Source: Octopus sinensis
Lineage: Eukaryota
DNA: 64,000 nt
Assembly (NCBI RefSeq): GCF_006345805.1
Contig: NC_043003.1
Location: 15,314,001 to 15,378,000 of the forward strand
Direction of reading: 5' to 3'
Position numbers and translations under genes: made by a program
Part shown: positions 12,564-24,929 of the stretch, one piece after another
How positions within the stretch are numbered: the stretch's first letter is position 1
Layout: each line of letters opens with the position of its first letter
Notes under the pieces: model-generated
The model's input: only the letters and a program-made list of their open reading frames with translations
Databases searched by the model: none
What the model was told of the DNA's origin: nothing

Positions 12564-12780
12564 TTTGCGTCTGGTTGTCCTTCAACAACGCTTGACAACC
12601 GCCGTTGGTGTGTTTACGTTCCCATAATTTAGCAGTTCGGTACGAAAGACCAAAAGAATACGCACTAAGTTTTAATAAAAAGTACCGGGGCAGATTGATG
12701 AGGCTAAAAAGTATTTAAGGTGCTGCCCCAGCATGGCCACAATCTACTGATTGAAGCAAGTAGAAGATAAAAGATAAAAT
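12560..12780 (+). mobile_element. SINE family A, diverged 3' half
   Basis: gcttgacaacc...ccagcatggccac. Confidence 0.65.
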
Positions 12781-12862
12781 GTGTATGGTTTGGTACGAAT
12801 AATCGTATGAATATATCAGAAAGCTATAAAACAAACTTATAAATTGACTAAATATACGCTTT

Positions 12863-13340
12863 ACTCTCTGTACTCTTTTACTTGTTTCAGTCATTTGACT
12901 GTGGCCATGCTGGAGCACCGCCTTTAGTCGAGCAAATCGACCCCAGGACTTATTCTTTGTAAGCCTAGTACTTATTCTATCGGTCTCTTTTGCCGAACTG
13001 CTAAGTTACGGGGAGGTAAACACACCACCATCGGTTGTCAAGTGATGTTGGGTGGGACAAACACAGACACACACACACAGACACACACCACACACACACA
13101 CACACACATATATATATACACACATATACGACAGGCTTCTTTCAGTTTCCGTCTACCAAATCCACTCACAAGGCTTTGGTCGGCCCGAGGCTATAGTAGA
13201 AGACACTTTTCCAAGGTGCCACGCAGTGGGAATGAAACCGAAACTATGTGGTTGGAAGGCAAGCTACTCCTGCGTCACACAGCCACTCCTGCGCCTATAT
13301 AGCCACTCCTGCGCCTATATAGCCACTCCTGCGCCTATAG
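12863..13340 (-). mobile_element. SINE family A with its first 20 bp triplicated
   Basis: agccactcctgcgcctatat x3 at 13281-13340. Confidence 0.9.
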
Positions 13341-13429
13341 ATTCATTTCTTGTCTAAATCTGTCTGACTATGAGGAAAACCCCAGGAAAATTACACACTT
13401 CAAGGGAAAAAAGTTGACAACATGTCTGC

Positions 13430-15290
13430 TGGGGTAACACAGCTGAAAGGCAAGCAGTAAAAGAGCTGTTTTCTCTCGTTTAACACGGCTGAAAGGCAAG
13501 CAGCAAAAAATATCGGCTTTCTCTGGCTTAACATTGCTGAAAGGCAAGGAGTAAAATATCTGGTTTCTTTGGATTAACACGATTGAAAGGCAAGCAGAGC
13601 AATATCTGCTTTCTTGGTCAATGCTTTTACTATGACTGAAAGAAAACAGAAAAAAGATTGCTTTCTGTTGACAACACAACTAAAAGGCAGGTAGTAAGAT
13701 AGCTGCTTTCTCTGGTTGAACATGGCTGAAGATCAAGCAGAAAAATGTCTGTTTTCTTGGCCACTGCCCTTAATATGGTGAACGGAAGCAGTAAAAAAAA
13801 ACAACTTTTTGCTGAGAAATTAACATGGATGAAAGGCAGGGAGCAAAATACCTGCTTTCTTCGTCAGTGCACTTGATATGAAGGAAAAGCAAGCAGTAAA
13901 AAAATTGCTTTTTGTGGACAACTTAACATGGCCGAAAGCAAGCAGCAAAATATCTGCTTTCTTGGTCACTGACCTTACTATAATTGAAAGCATGCAATAA
14001 AAAAATTGCTTTCTTTTGACAAATTTAAAAGGTTGGAAGAGATAAAGTAAAATATTTGTCTTATTTTTGACTGCCCTTAATATGAAAGCAAGCAGGGAAA
14101 AATTGCTCTTCGTTGACTACTTAACACGGCTGAAAGGCATGTAGAAAAATATCTGCTTTCTTGGTCATTGCCCTTATTATGATTGAAGGCAAGCAATAAA
14201 ATAATTGCTTTCATTTGACAAATTAAAATGGCTGAAAGGTACGCAGAAAAATATAAGTATTCCTGGTCATACACCAGGCAATAAATAAATTGCACTCTGC
14301 CGACAACATAAAACGGCTGAAAGGCATACAGAAATATATCTGCTTTCTATGTCATTGATCTTACTATGTCTGAAAGCATGCAATAAAAGAATTGCTTTCT
14401 GTTTACAAATTAAAACGGCAGAACGGCATGCAGAAAAATATCTGCTTTCTTGGTCATTGATCTTACTATGTCTGAAAGCATGCAATAAAAGAATTGCTTC
14501 CTGATGACAAATTAAAACGGCTGAAAGGCATGCAGAAAAATATCTGCTTTCTCTGTCAACTTTAAATGGCTGAAAACAATCACGAACAAATTTGCTTTCC
14601 GCTGAGATCTAAACACGGCTGAAAGGCATGAAGAAAAATATCTGTTTTCTTCGTCAATGGCTAAGACCATGCAATAAAATAATTGCTTTCGGATGACAAC
14701 TCGAAACAACTGAAAGTTATGCAGCAAAATGTTTGCTTTCTTTATGACTGCCCTTAATATGAAAGCATGGAATGAAAAAATTGCTTTCTGTTGACAATTT
14801 GAAATGGCTGAAAGGCATGCAGAAAATTATCTGCTTTCTTGGTCATTGAGCTTAATATGACTAAAAGCAAGCCGTAAAAAAATTGCTTTTTGTTGACAAC
14901 ACGGCGTAAAGGTAAGCAGTAAAGTATCTGCTTTCGCTCGCTTAACGCTTCTGAAAGAGAAGCAGTAAATTATCTGCTTTGTCCGGCTTAACACGCCTGA
15001 AAGCAAACAGTAAATTATCTACTTTCTTTGTGACTGCCCTTACTGTGACTGAAAGCAAACAGGAAAAAAAATTATGCTTTGTTGACAACTTAACACGGCT
15101 GAAAGGCAACCAGTATAAAATGTCTGATTTGTGTGTCTTTCTCTTTCTTAGTGACTCGTATTTTGTTTCGTCCCTCTGTTTTACTCTCCCTTCTCGAAAA
15201 TAATAAAATACAAAGAAAATATCATTACATCTCTTACTCTTACTTACTGAAAGCAAACAGTAAACAATTTGCTTTCCTTTGCCTTTTGTT
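13430..15290. repeat. Degenerate satellite of ~42-60-bp palindromic subunits, mostly in ~102-bp dimers
   Basis: Recurring gctgaaaggcaagcag...atatctgctttcttggtca and gaaagcaagca...ttgctttctgttgacaa. Confidence 0.9.
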
Positions 15291-15618
15291 TTCTTGACCA
15301 CTTTATACAACAAAGAAATGAAGGATTGCGTAATATAAATAAATATGACTATTATGAAGCTAGTGAAAGATTATCAATAATCGTTTATGTGCTGCACAAA
15401 AATTAACTATCGTGGAAAAATAGTAATGCATGCAGTGCATACACAGACCTTTCGCCTCTGGTGCATACACACGTACATACATACATGTATACATACATAC
15501 ATACTACATACATACATACACATACATACATACATACGTGCACACATACAGACATACATACGTAATGCATGCAGTGCATACATAGACCATTCGCCTCTGG
15601 TGCATACACACATACATT

Positions 15619-15851
15619 CTATTTCTTTACTACCCACAAGGGGCTAAACACAGAGAGGATAAACAAGGACAAACAAACGGATTAAGTCGATTATATCGAC
15701 CCCAGTGCGTAACTGGTACTTATTTAATCGACCCCGAAAGGATGAAAGGCAAAGTCAACCACGGCGGAATTTGAACTCAGAACGTAGCGGCAGACGAAAT
15801 ACCGCTAAGCATTTCACCCGGCGTGCTAACGTTTCTGCCAGCTTGCCGCTT
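15619..15851 (-). mobile_element. SINE-B1, full length
   Basis: Complete head, body and tail; embedded in (CATA)n. Confidence 0.9.
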
Positions 15852-16582
15852 TATACACACGTACATACATACATACATACATACATACATACATACATAC
15901 ATACATACATACATACATACATACATACATACATACGTGCACACATGCAGACATACATACGTACATACATGCATATCTACATGCATATCTACATGCATAC
16001 GTGCACGTATACAAACATTCAAGCATACGTATTAGGGACATGCCGCCTAGGTAGGCAAGCCAAAATAGATCAATAGCAACATTTTCCTTTTATGGCAAAA
16101 TATGTTCCTAATTCAATAAAATTATGAAGGCTACTCTGATTACTATGCAATGTTTTTGTAGATTAGGTAGGCATAATTCGCCCCTGCCTTTCAATCTCAA
16201 TATTTAAGCTACCCATAGTAATGCTGTGGTACACATGCTGCATATATTCCTACAAAAACGTTTTCTTTACGCGCTATAAAGGCAGAAGTAAATCTACCTT
16301 CAACTCAGTCACGCAGCTGCGTTTCCCTTATTTTCTTTGTGTTTTTTCCTTCAGATGTAGCTCATCCCAATTTATTTCCATCCCCCCCCCCACCTTTCCA
16401 GCAATGGATAGTGACTATCTTTATATCTTTATATATTTCTATCCTTTTTATCTACCAAGAAATCTTCTTATGATAGTTTACTACATGAAGATCACCAGTT
16501 GCCTACCATGAATAATTACTGACGGCACATGTCTGATACGTATATACGTCATACATAGATGCGTATGTACTTACGAACATAC

Positions 16583-16893
16583 ATCACGTGATCACGTGAT
16601 GTGATCACGTGACCGACCAGACCATCAGATGTTGTTACACATCGCTGGTCACAATGCGTTCGCATTGTTTTAGCCTTCAAATGATGTCACCCCGCTGGCT
16701 AAGCGAGCAGGCCAACAGAAGAAAGAGTGGTGAAAGAGTACAGCAGGGATCAGCCCCCCCCCCCTGCCAGAGCATCGTGGAGCCTTTTAGGTGTTTTCGC
16801 TCAATAAACACTCACAACGCCCGGTCTGGGAATCGAAACCGCGATCCTACGACCGCGAGTCCGCTGCCCTAACCACTGGGCCATTGCGCCTCC
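16583..16893 (-). mobile_element. SINE family C2, full length, tail of (CACGTGAT)n
   Basis: Head matches C1 at 6510; different 3' module. Confidence 0.9.
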
Positions 16894-17339
16894 ACGAACA
16901 TACATAAATAATGCAAATAATGAACTATCGTGCAACGCCATATCAGAGTCTAATGTGAAACATATACACAGCTTGTCTGAAATTATTCCACCAGGATCAA
17001 TATCAGGAGAAAACGAATAAGCAGCTGGAAAAGAAAGGTGTTTGAGAATGTGTGAAGCAACTTCTGATTGACAAATGACGCATGCGACAAGGAAGGAATT
17101 TGGTCAAAGCCTCGTTTGTTTACTAGAAAGTATTCGATTCTATTTTCCGCTCGTAGATGCTAGAGTCTCTTCGACTAAAGTTTCAGAAACCATAGACGTA
17201 TTGTTTCATCTGGGCCACGATGTTGAAATTACATACAGACAACGAATGCATTGCCTTTGAAAAAGTAAAGTATCGCAAAGATAAACCACAAAGAGACAGT
17301 CTTTCTGTACTGTTACTTATACTGGTAGCACAGCATTTA

Positions 17340-17555
17340 TTCTCTATTTGTTTTACGGCCATGCTGGGACACCGCCTTGAAGGGTTTTTCAGTCGAACAA
17401 ATCGGCCCCAGAACTTATTTTTTAAGGCTAGTATTTATTCTATCGGTCTCTTTTGTCGAACCATTAAGTTACGGGGACATAAACACACCAACACCGCTTG
17501 TCAAGCGGAGTTGGCAGGGACAAACAATACACATAAAGACACACAAACACACATA
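17340..17555 (-). mobile_element. SINE family A 3' half
   Basis: Body motifs conserved. Confidence 0.65.
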
Positions 17556-17568
17556 GCTATATATATAT

Positions 17569-17619
<51 letters not shown>

Positions 17620-17691
17620 CTATAGATATATATATATAGCTATATATATATATAGCTATATATATATATATAGCTATACATATATATATAG

Positions 17692-17729
<38 letters not shown>

Positions 17730-17739
17730 CTATGTGTGT

Positions 17740-17815
<76 letters not shown>

Positions 17816-17880
17816 GTATAATATATATATATATATATAATATATATTATATATATATTATATATATATATATATATATG

Positions 17881-17933
<53 letters not shown>

Positions 17934-17955
17934 GCATACATATATATGTATATAG
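17556..17955. repeat. (TA)n with interspersed TAGC
   Basis: Direct reading. Confidence 0.9.
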
Positions 17956-18523
17956 CAATGATGATGCAGTAACAACAAAATGTATCTCAGACGCTATTTT
18001 TATTAGCAACGATCGCAAACAATACTTTTTCGTTTCTACAACATTCGGCAATTAACGTAAAAGTCTTTGTTGTCGAGACACTAGATTTGACAAAATAAAA
18101 GACGCACCTGTTACCTAATTTGTAGCAAAACGTTACGAAACTTTTACTTGGAGTACAAAGTTATACAACAGTGCAGAGATGAGAAAACTAGTCGACTATA
18201 ATCAACAACAGAACAGAAAAAAGAAAAAGAAACTGAAAAGCTGAACGAGTTAATTAGATCAACATGTTTCAGCTGTTGCCGTTCAGCCGTGTAATGAGAT
18301 GCAGAAAACAGAGCCTATTGAATTTTTGATAAAGCAAAACGATGTTCCACTTTCATAATTTCTTGAAGTTACGGAGATTAAACCTTTTATTGAGCTTTGT
18401 GACCTTACAGCTACGAAAGTTTACCTAATCCTACTCGTATTTAGCTAGATGCATTGGTACTGAAAATTGTGACAGTTTCTGGATATCAAGTTTTGATAAC
18501 AATTTTTTCTCGATGAACAATAT

Positions 18524-18976
18524 ACTCTTTACTCTCTTTTAATTGCTTCAGTCATTTGACTGCGGCCATGCTGGAGCACCGCCTTTAGTCGAGCAACTCG
18601 ACCCAGGGACTTATTCTTTGTAAGCCCAGTACTTATTCTATCGGTCTCTTTTGCCGAACCGCTAAGTGACGGGGACGTAAACACACTAGCATCGGTTGTC
18701 AAGCAATGCTAGGGCGACAAACACAGACACACAAACACACACACACACACACACAACACACACACACACAACACACACACATACATATATATATATATAC
18801 ATACATATATACGGCAGGCTTCTTTCAGTTTCCGTCTACGAAATCCACTCACAAGGCATTGGTCGGCCCGAGGCTATAGTAGAAGACACTTGCCCAAGAT
18901 GCCACGCAGTGGGACTGAACCCGGAACCATGTGGTTGGTTAGCAAGCTACTTACCACACAGCCACTCCTGCGCCTA
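18524..18976 (-). mobile_element. SINE family A, full length
   Basis: Complete head to (gagta)n tail. Confidence 0.9.
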
Positions 18977-19287
18977 TATATCTCTTTTTATGTTTTCTCT
19001 TTTCATCTAAAATATTATCGCTCTTAAACAAAGTTAATTTCTTTCTACAAACTTAACTGTGATTCGAAGCTCTTGCACCTTCTCAATAAAGAATTTGTTG
19101 GCCGCATCAGTTTCGTGGTTGTAGTAATTTCTTCGTGTACTTTATAGAGTAAAACTGATATTTCGTACGAGAGTTATCCCGAAAATATGCAAAAGTGGTT
19201 ATAAAGTTTTTATTATTCGACACCAGTCGTTATTGCATATGTGGTTTTATCTCTATTTAATATAATATATATATATATATATAAAGG

Positions 19288-19495
19288 GAGAGTTTACGAA
19301 AAACACAAAAGACGAAGACAAGTGGTGTACAAAACAAACATATGTATTAGTATAACACTCAGGAATAGAAAAAGTCTTTTACGTTTCGAGCCTACACTTT
19401 TCTACAGAAAGGGACACAGAAAAAAAAAAACAAAGAGAGAAACAAGGAGAGAAAAAAATGTGTGTAGTGGCTAACGATCTACCATGGCGACTATC
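19288..19495 (-). mobile_element. Penelope-like pLTR-type short repeat with decayed hammerhead
   Basis: Minus strand ctgtaga...gctcGAAACGUA. Confidence 0.45.
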
Positions 19496-19578
19496 ATATA
19501 TATATATATGTATAAAGTTTTGACACACATATATATATAATATAATATATATATATGTATAAAGTTTTGACACACATA

Positions 19579-19617
<39 letters not shown>

Positions 19618-20082
19618 GGCATTATACATACATGCCAGGAGGCATTGTATATACATGCCAAACGCTAAGAGGGAAATCAGTCATTTCTACCAAAATATTA
19701 CTAATCCCACCGAATGCAATTTTTCAAAGTAAGACATTTAAAAATATAGACCTGTATCACAGTGATTTCATACTTACGTAATCATCAGCAGCCTGAATGT
19801 ATTATAAATAAACAACGACCCTGCCTCGCTTAAGCCGATCAGCTAACTGATCAACATCAACGAAGCACATGGGTGAGTTTATATATATTACATCCGGGTA
19901 ATGGTAAACTTTTACGAATTGCATTTCGGGAGAGGAAATTTTTTTCGGAATAAAAATTTCAATTAAGACACTACTTAATAAGGAAAACTTAACAAGAAAT
20001 TGTCAGGTAGATAGCGTAAAAACGTCATAGAGAAAAAAAAAAAATTTTCGACAATAATTATTTCTTCTTATTGAACATATTA

Positions 20083-20120
<38 letters not shown>

Positions 20121-20521
20121 AAAGTTTTGACACATATGTATTGCATGATCAGAGTAGGTAGCTCACCTTACGTTGTTAAACTATTTAATCTATGTAGGAC
20201 ATCGATACGTCTGCAATGACATATCAATGAAGGCTGACTTCTCATAAGCGGAGCATTCAGCTCACTGAATGTCCTTAGTAACAGTATATCAGACCAAATG
20301 GTGTGGTATCTCTGGACCATCAAAAACCGAGAAGGAGTGTACGTGAACATCTCCGAACATGCGCAGTAATTACGGACAGAGATTCACGTTTGCGGACCAT
20401 GTTATTTGAGGGTAAGGAGAAAAGTGCCACATAGTGCACATGAAAATATAATTTGTATCTTCATTAACGATCTCTTCCTTGATTCGTGTAACATTATGTT
20501 TCAACAAATTATATCTATGAA

Positions 20522-20690
20522 CTGAGCGTAGCTAGAGGGATTCAGAGGAAGCGGTCCGCCCTGGACAGCATTTTTTATGGGGGCAGCACCACTTTTGGGT
20601 CTCCTGTAGGAAATATGTATTTTTTATGGTGGCCCAAAAGAGGCAAATTGAAAGGCTACTTGGGCGGTACACAGTCTAGCTACGCTAGTG
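20522..20690. mobile_element. Small MITE, hAT-like
   Basis: Perfect 12-bp inverted repeat agcgtagctaga (20525-20536) / tctagctacgct (20675-20686); TSD not clear. Confidence 0.5.
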
Positions 20691-21022
20691 TGTTATAAGA
20701 TACTATCAGATCAAAATTAATGACAGGAAAAAAAATTAAAACGCTTGAATGTAATAACCGACATTATTCTTCTGGCAATACAAATGTGCACTCAAGCAGT
20801 GTTGGTGTCCTTGTCTAAAAATATATTTCTTCAGTTACCAATTATAAGGTAAGGATATCGTTGACAGCGTAACATTTCAGGTCACATAAATACTTTGGAA
20901 AAGCAGTGACACCAGTTGGTTTTATATATACTCCACATGGTAAAAATGACAGTCTAATGGTGTCGGTTGGTCAATAGAATTTGAGAGTCACTTACCGTAT
21001 ATATATGTATATATATATATAT

Positions 21023-22785
21023 AAACTTAGATAAAACTTAGATATGTTTCGACCAAAGATTGGTCCAGGCCATGTCTAACTTAATAGCACCACCTGATAG
21101 GATTATCTAAATCCTGTTTAAGTCAGTTTTTGTTTATGTCCATTCAAGTAGTGAGTTTTTGTTGGGTGAGTTGTATCCAATTATGGGTGGCTTATCTGGT
21201 ATTCCTTGAAGGAATCTATCCAGACTCCGTTTAAAGTTGATGGGATCCTTTTCCTCTTTGATCTCCCTCGGGACAATGTTAAATAGGGCAGGGCCTGTTG
21301 AGGAAAAGAAATTATGTTGCAGTGTACATGTATGCTGTGATCTTGAATTGGGCAGGGGACGTATGGCCCGTGGTCCCAGTCTTGGATGAACCTTGAAGCT
21401 AATGTTCAGGTCGTTTGGGCAAAGTTGACGGTATATTCTCCACATCGTACAAATGATGTATCACTCACGGCGACGCTGGAGAGAGTAGAGTTTCAAGGCT
21501 TTAAAGGCGGTCCCAATAATCGAGAGCAGCCATGCCTTCAATTCGTTTAGTGAGTGCCCTCTGGGGTGATTCAATCCTCGAGATGCTTTGTCTTGTATGG
21601 GGAGACCACAGTGGGCAGCAGTATTCGAGGTGTGGCCGTACAAAGGAGGAGAAAAGTGGTATGATGACACCTTGTTCTCTGGACCGGAAAGTTCTTAAGA
21701 TCCAGGAACTCATCCTACGAGCTATATCGACCTTGTTGTTGATGTGTGCACTCCAACTGAGATCGTCATCAACAATTACACCCAGGTCTCTGATATTGTT
21801 AGAGGCTGTGAGCGGTTCCCCTAAAGGAAGAGAGTATGGCTGTTTTAGTGACGAATTTCTTCCAAAATGCATCAGCTCAAATTTTCCTTCGTTCAGTTGC
21901 ATTTTGTTTCTGTCTGCCCATTGACTCACAGCATATAGATCAGACTGGAGTTGAATTCGGTCTGCTTCTTCATTGATGATTTGCTGGAGCCTAGTGTCAT
22001 CAGTAAATATTTTCACTTTGCAGTAATGTACGACACTGAAAAGGTCGTTTATGTAAATTATAAAGAGTAGTGGGCCCAAGACAGTCCCATGGGGGACACC
22101 GCTGGTGACTTTTGCTGGGCTTGAGTGGACTCCATCAACTACAAAATGTTGTGTTCTATTCGCCAGGAAATACTTAATCCAGTGTAGAACTTTTCCACGG
22201 ATTCCAACGTTTGCCAATTTTGAGAGTAGGATATTATGGTCTACCCTGTCGAACTCTTTACTGAAGTCAAGATACATGACATCAGACTTCGAACCTGTTG
22301 CCAAGGCTTTGAGTATATCTTCAATGTGGTGTAAGAGCTGTGTTAGACAGTCCCTGCCACAGCGAAAGCCATGCTGATTTGTATTTAGGAGTTTGTGGGT
22401 CTCCAGGAAGTCAGCTATCCTCGATCTTAACACTCTTTCAAACACTTTAATGATGTGGGAGGTGAGTGAGATTGGGCGATAGTTGACTGCGAGGGATCTG
22501 TTTCCCTGTTTGAAAACCGGGATGACCGACTGGGATAGAAGCTGTTTCGGTATATAACCTGAGTCTAACGAATTTCTCCAGAGGTTGGTCAGAGGGGCTG
22601 CAAGTTGGTGTTTACATTCATTCAGGAGACTAAGGCCTCCACGACGGTGGAGTTACGATTTTAGGAGGGTGATTGGGACCACGTAGGTGAGGAAGGCGCG
22701 ATCCACAGAGGAGTGGACAGCGTGCTGTGACCAGTGGTGTCAAATGGACGCTCGACGGACTGACCGGTCAGAGTGATCAAGGTGA
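21023..22785 (-). mobile_element. CR1-like LINE, 5'-truncated (RT to 3' UTR)
   Basis: NYRPISLTSHIIKVFER, YLDFSKEFDRVDH, SGVPHGTVLGPLLF, FTDDTRL, HLEYCCPLWSP, LQRRRE; 3' end has tandem tatctaagttt x2. Confidence 0.9.
21134..22690 (-). pseudogene. CR1-like ORF2 reverse transcriptase, frameshifted (main ORF 21501-22445)
   Basis: ORF track translations 21501-22445, 21461-21670 and 21134-21445. Confidence 0.85.
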
Positions 22786-22819
22786 TATATATACGTATGT
22801 ATGTATGAATGTATGTATA

Positions 22820-23052
22820 CTTTATTAATAAAAACGTAAACACATCACAAAAACTGTTACTCAGAGTGTCATGTTCCCGTTAGTCAAACAGCTTTGGTTG
22901 AGAATGGAGCAAAAATAAGGTTATATGCATAAATATACAATTACATATTTATGGACAAAACATTACTTTTGTTCCATTTTCAACCGAAATTGTCCGACGA
23001 ATGGGAAAATGAGTAACAGCTTTTATGATGTTTTTGCAGCGTTAGTAATAAA
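22820..23052. mobile_element. Degenerate foldback/MITE-like element
   Basis: Arms ggttgagaatggagcaaaaataa (22896-22918) / ttacttttgttccattttcaacc (22963-22985); similarity extends outward (ctgttactca / tgagtaacag). Confidence 0.5.
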
Positions 23053-23121
23053 AGATATTACTCTACCTCCGGTATTCGAGCACTATTTTTCCACCTTGTT
23101 TCACATGCATGTGGTTACCCT

Positions 23122-23176
<55 letters not shown>

Positions 23177-23178
23177 CG

Positions 23179-23560
23179 TTTACTTGTTTCAGGCATTAAA
23201 CTGCGGTTATGCTGGGGCACCCACGTTGAAGAATTTTTGCCGAACGAATCGATCAGAGTACTTAGATTTTTAAAGCCTGGTGCTTATTCTGTTGGTTTCT
23301 TTCATCGAACCGTTAAGTTACGGGGACATAAACACACCAAAACCGGTTGTCAAGCGGTGCTGTGAGACAAACACACAAACACGCGTTCGGGCGCGGGAGC
23401 ATACACATATGCACGTTGGGTTTTTGTAAGTGTTCGTTCACCATATCCACTCACAAGGCTTTGGTTGGCCCGAGGGTTTGTTAGAAGACACTTTCCAAAA
23501 ATACCACGCAGTGGGACAGAACCCGGAACCATTTGGTTGGGAAGTCGAACATCTTACCTC
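23179..23560 (-). mobile_element. SINE family A, diverged
   Basis: Collinear with A copies. Confidence 0.7.
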
Positions 23561-23601
23561 ATATGCATGTGTGTATATATATGTATATATGTATATATAT
23601 A

Positions 23602-23681
<80 letters not shown>

Positions 23682-24038
23682 GTATGTACGTATATTATGT
23701 ATATATGTATATATAAATGTATTTATGTATATATGTATGTATATATGTATATATATATGTATATATATAATGTATATATATATATGTATATATATATGTG
23801 TATATATATATATAATGTGTGTGTGTGTATATATATGTATATATATATATATATATAATGTGTGTGTGTGTATATATATGTATATATATATATATATATG
23901 CATACATATGTATACATCTATGATGCATACATATATCTATACATATATACATACATTTCTACATAAATATACGTACACATATACATATGCACGCATATAA
24001 ATATACACACACCTGCGTGTATATCTCTCAGTGTGTGT

Positions 24039-24117
<79 letters not shown>

Positions 24118-24170
24118 CATATATATAATGTGTGTGTGTGTATATAATATATATATATATACGCACACAT
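23561..24170. repeat. (TA)n/(TG)n complex microsatellite
   Basis: Direct reading. Confidence 0.9.
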
Positions 24171-24461
24171 CTTTTACTTTTATTTAAGAATGAAATCTTT
24201 ATGATTCCGTCGATTGAATGTCTGAATAGCGTCTGGCTCGTTATGGTGGAGGTAAGGAATTGTTGTTTGTAAACAAGAAGAGATAGTTGTTCTGTTATGA
24301 TTCCAGCGTTGTGTTTACTGAAGCATTGATGAAAGGAAAACCGAAAAAAAAGCAGCCTTTTGTATGTATATCACAAATAACTATGACCTCATAATAGAGG
24401 TATCTTTGAAATATTCTAAAGAAAGATATAGAAAAACCTCTTGAATATCTTATAAATATAT

Positions 24462-24494
<33 letters not shown>

Positions 24495-24609
24495 TACAAT
24501 TGAAAACTGAAGTAAAGATTTTCCTCTTGCTTTTCGATGCGTTCTTTAGGTGAAACAGTGGCGTGAAAATCGAGTGGGAAAACAAACTCTGAGCCCCAAA
24601 TTTGATAAC

Positions 24610-24666
24610 AACAACAACAACAACAATAGTGATAATAATAATAATAATAAAATAATAATGATAATA

Positions 24667-24717
<51 letters not shown>

Positions 24718-24728
24718 TAAGGGTAATG

Positions 24729-24759
<31 letters not shown>

Positions 24760-24782
24760 AAATAATAATAATAATGATAATC

Positions 24783-24823
<41 letters not shown>
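24610..24823. repeat. (AAC)n/(AAT)n array
   Basis: Direct reading. Confidence 0.95.
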
Positions 24824-24908
24824 CACAACAAATCACAGCACATACCCAAGGCACACAGAGCTGTGCTCGGTAGTGAAGTGAAAGCACGCTATAAAAATAA
24901 AACTACTG
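24824..24908 (+). mobile_element. Dong-1 3' UTR only (severely 5'-truncated)
   Basis: Near-identical to 28970-29055; ends ctactg followed by AATAAT. Confidence 0.9.
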
Positions 24909-24929
24909 AATAATAATAATAATAATAAT

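Noticed and set aside
13430-15290. Palindromic repeat array as CRISPR-like
   Set aside because: The linkers recur instead of being unique spacers, the repeats are degenerate, there are no cas genes, and the context is eukaryotic
18060-18500. Possible hAT transposase relic
   Set aside because: Only vague motif resemblance across several frameshifts; needs tBLASTn/HMM support
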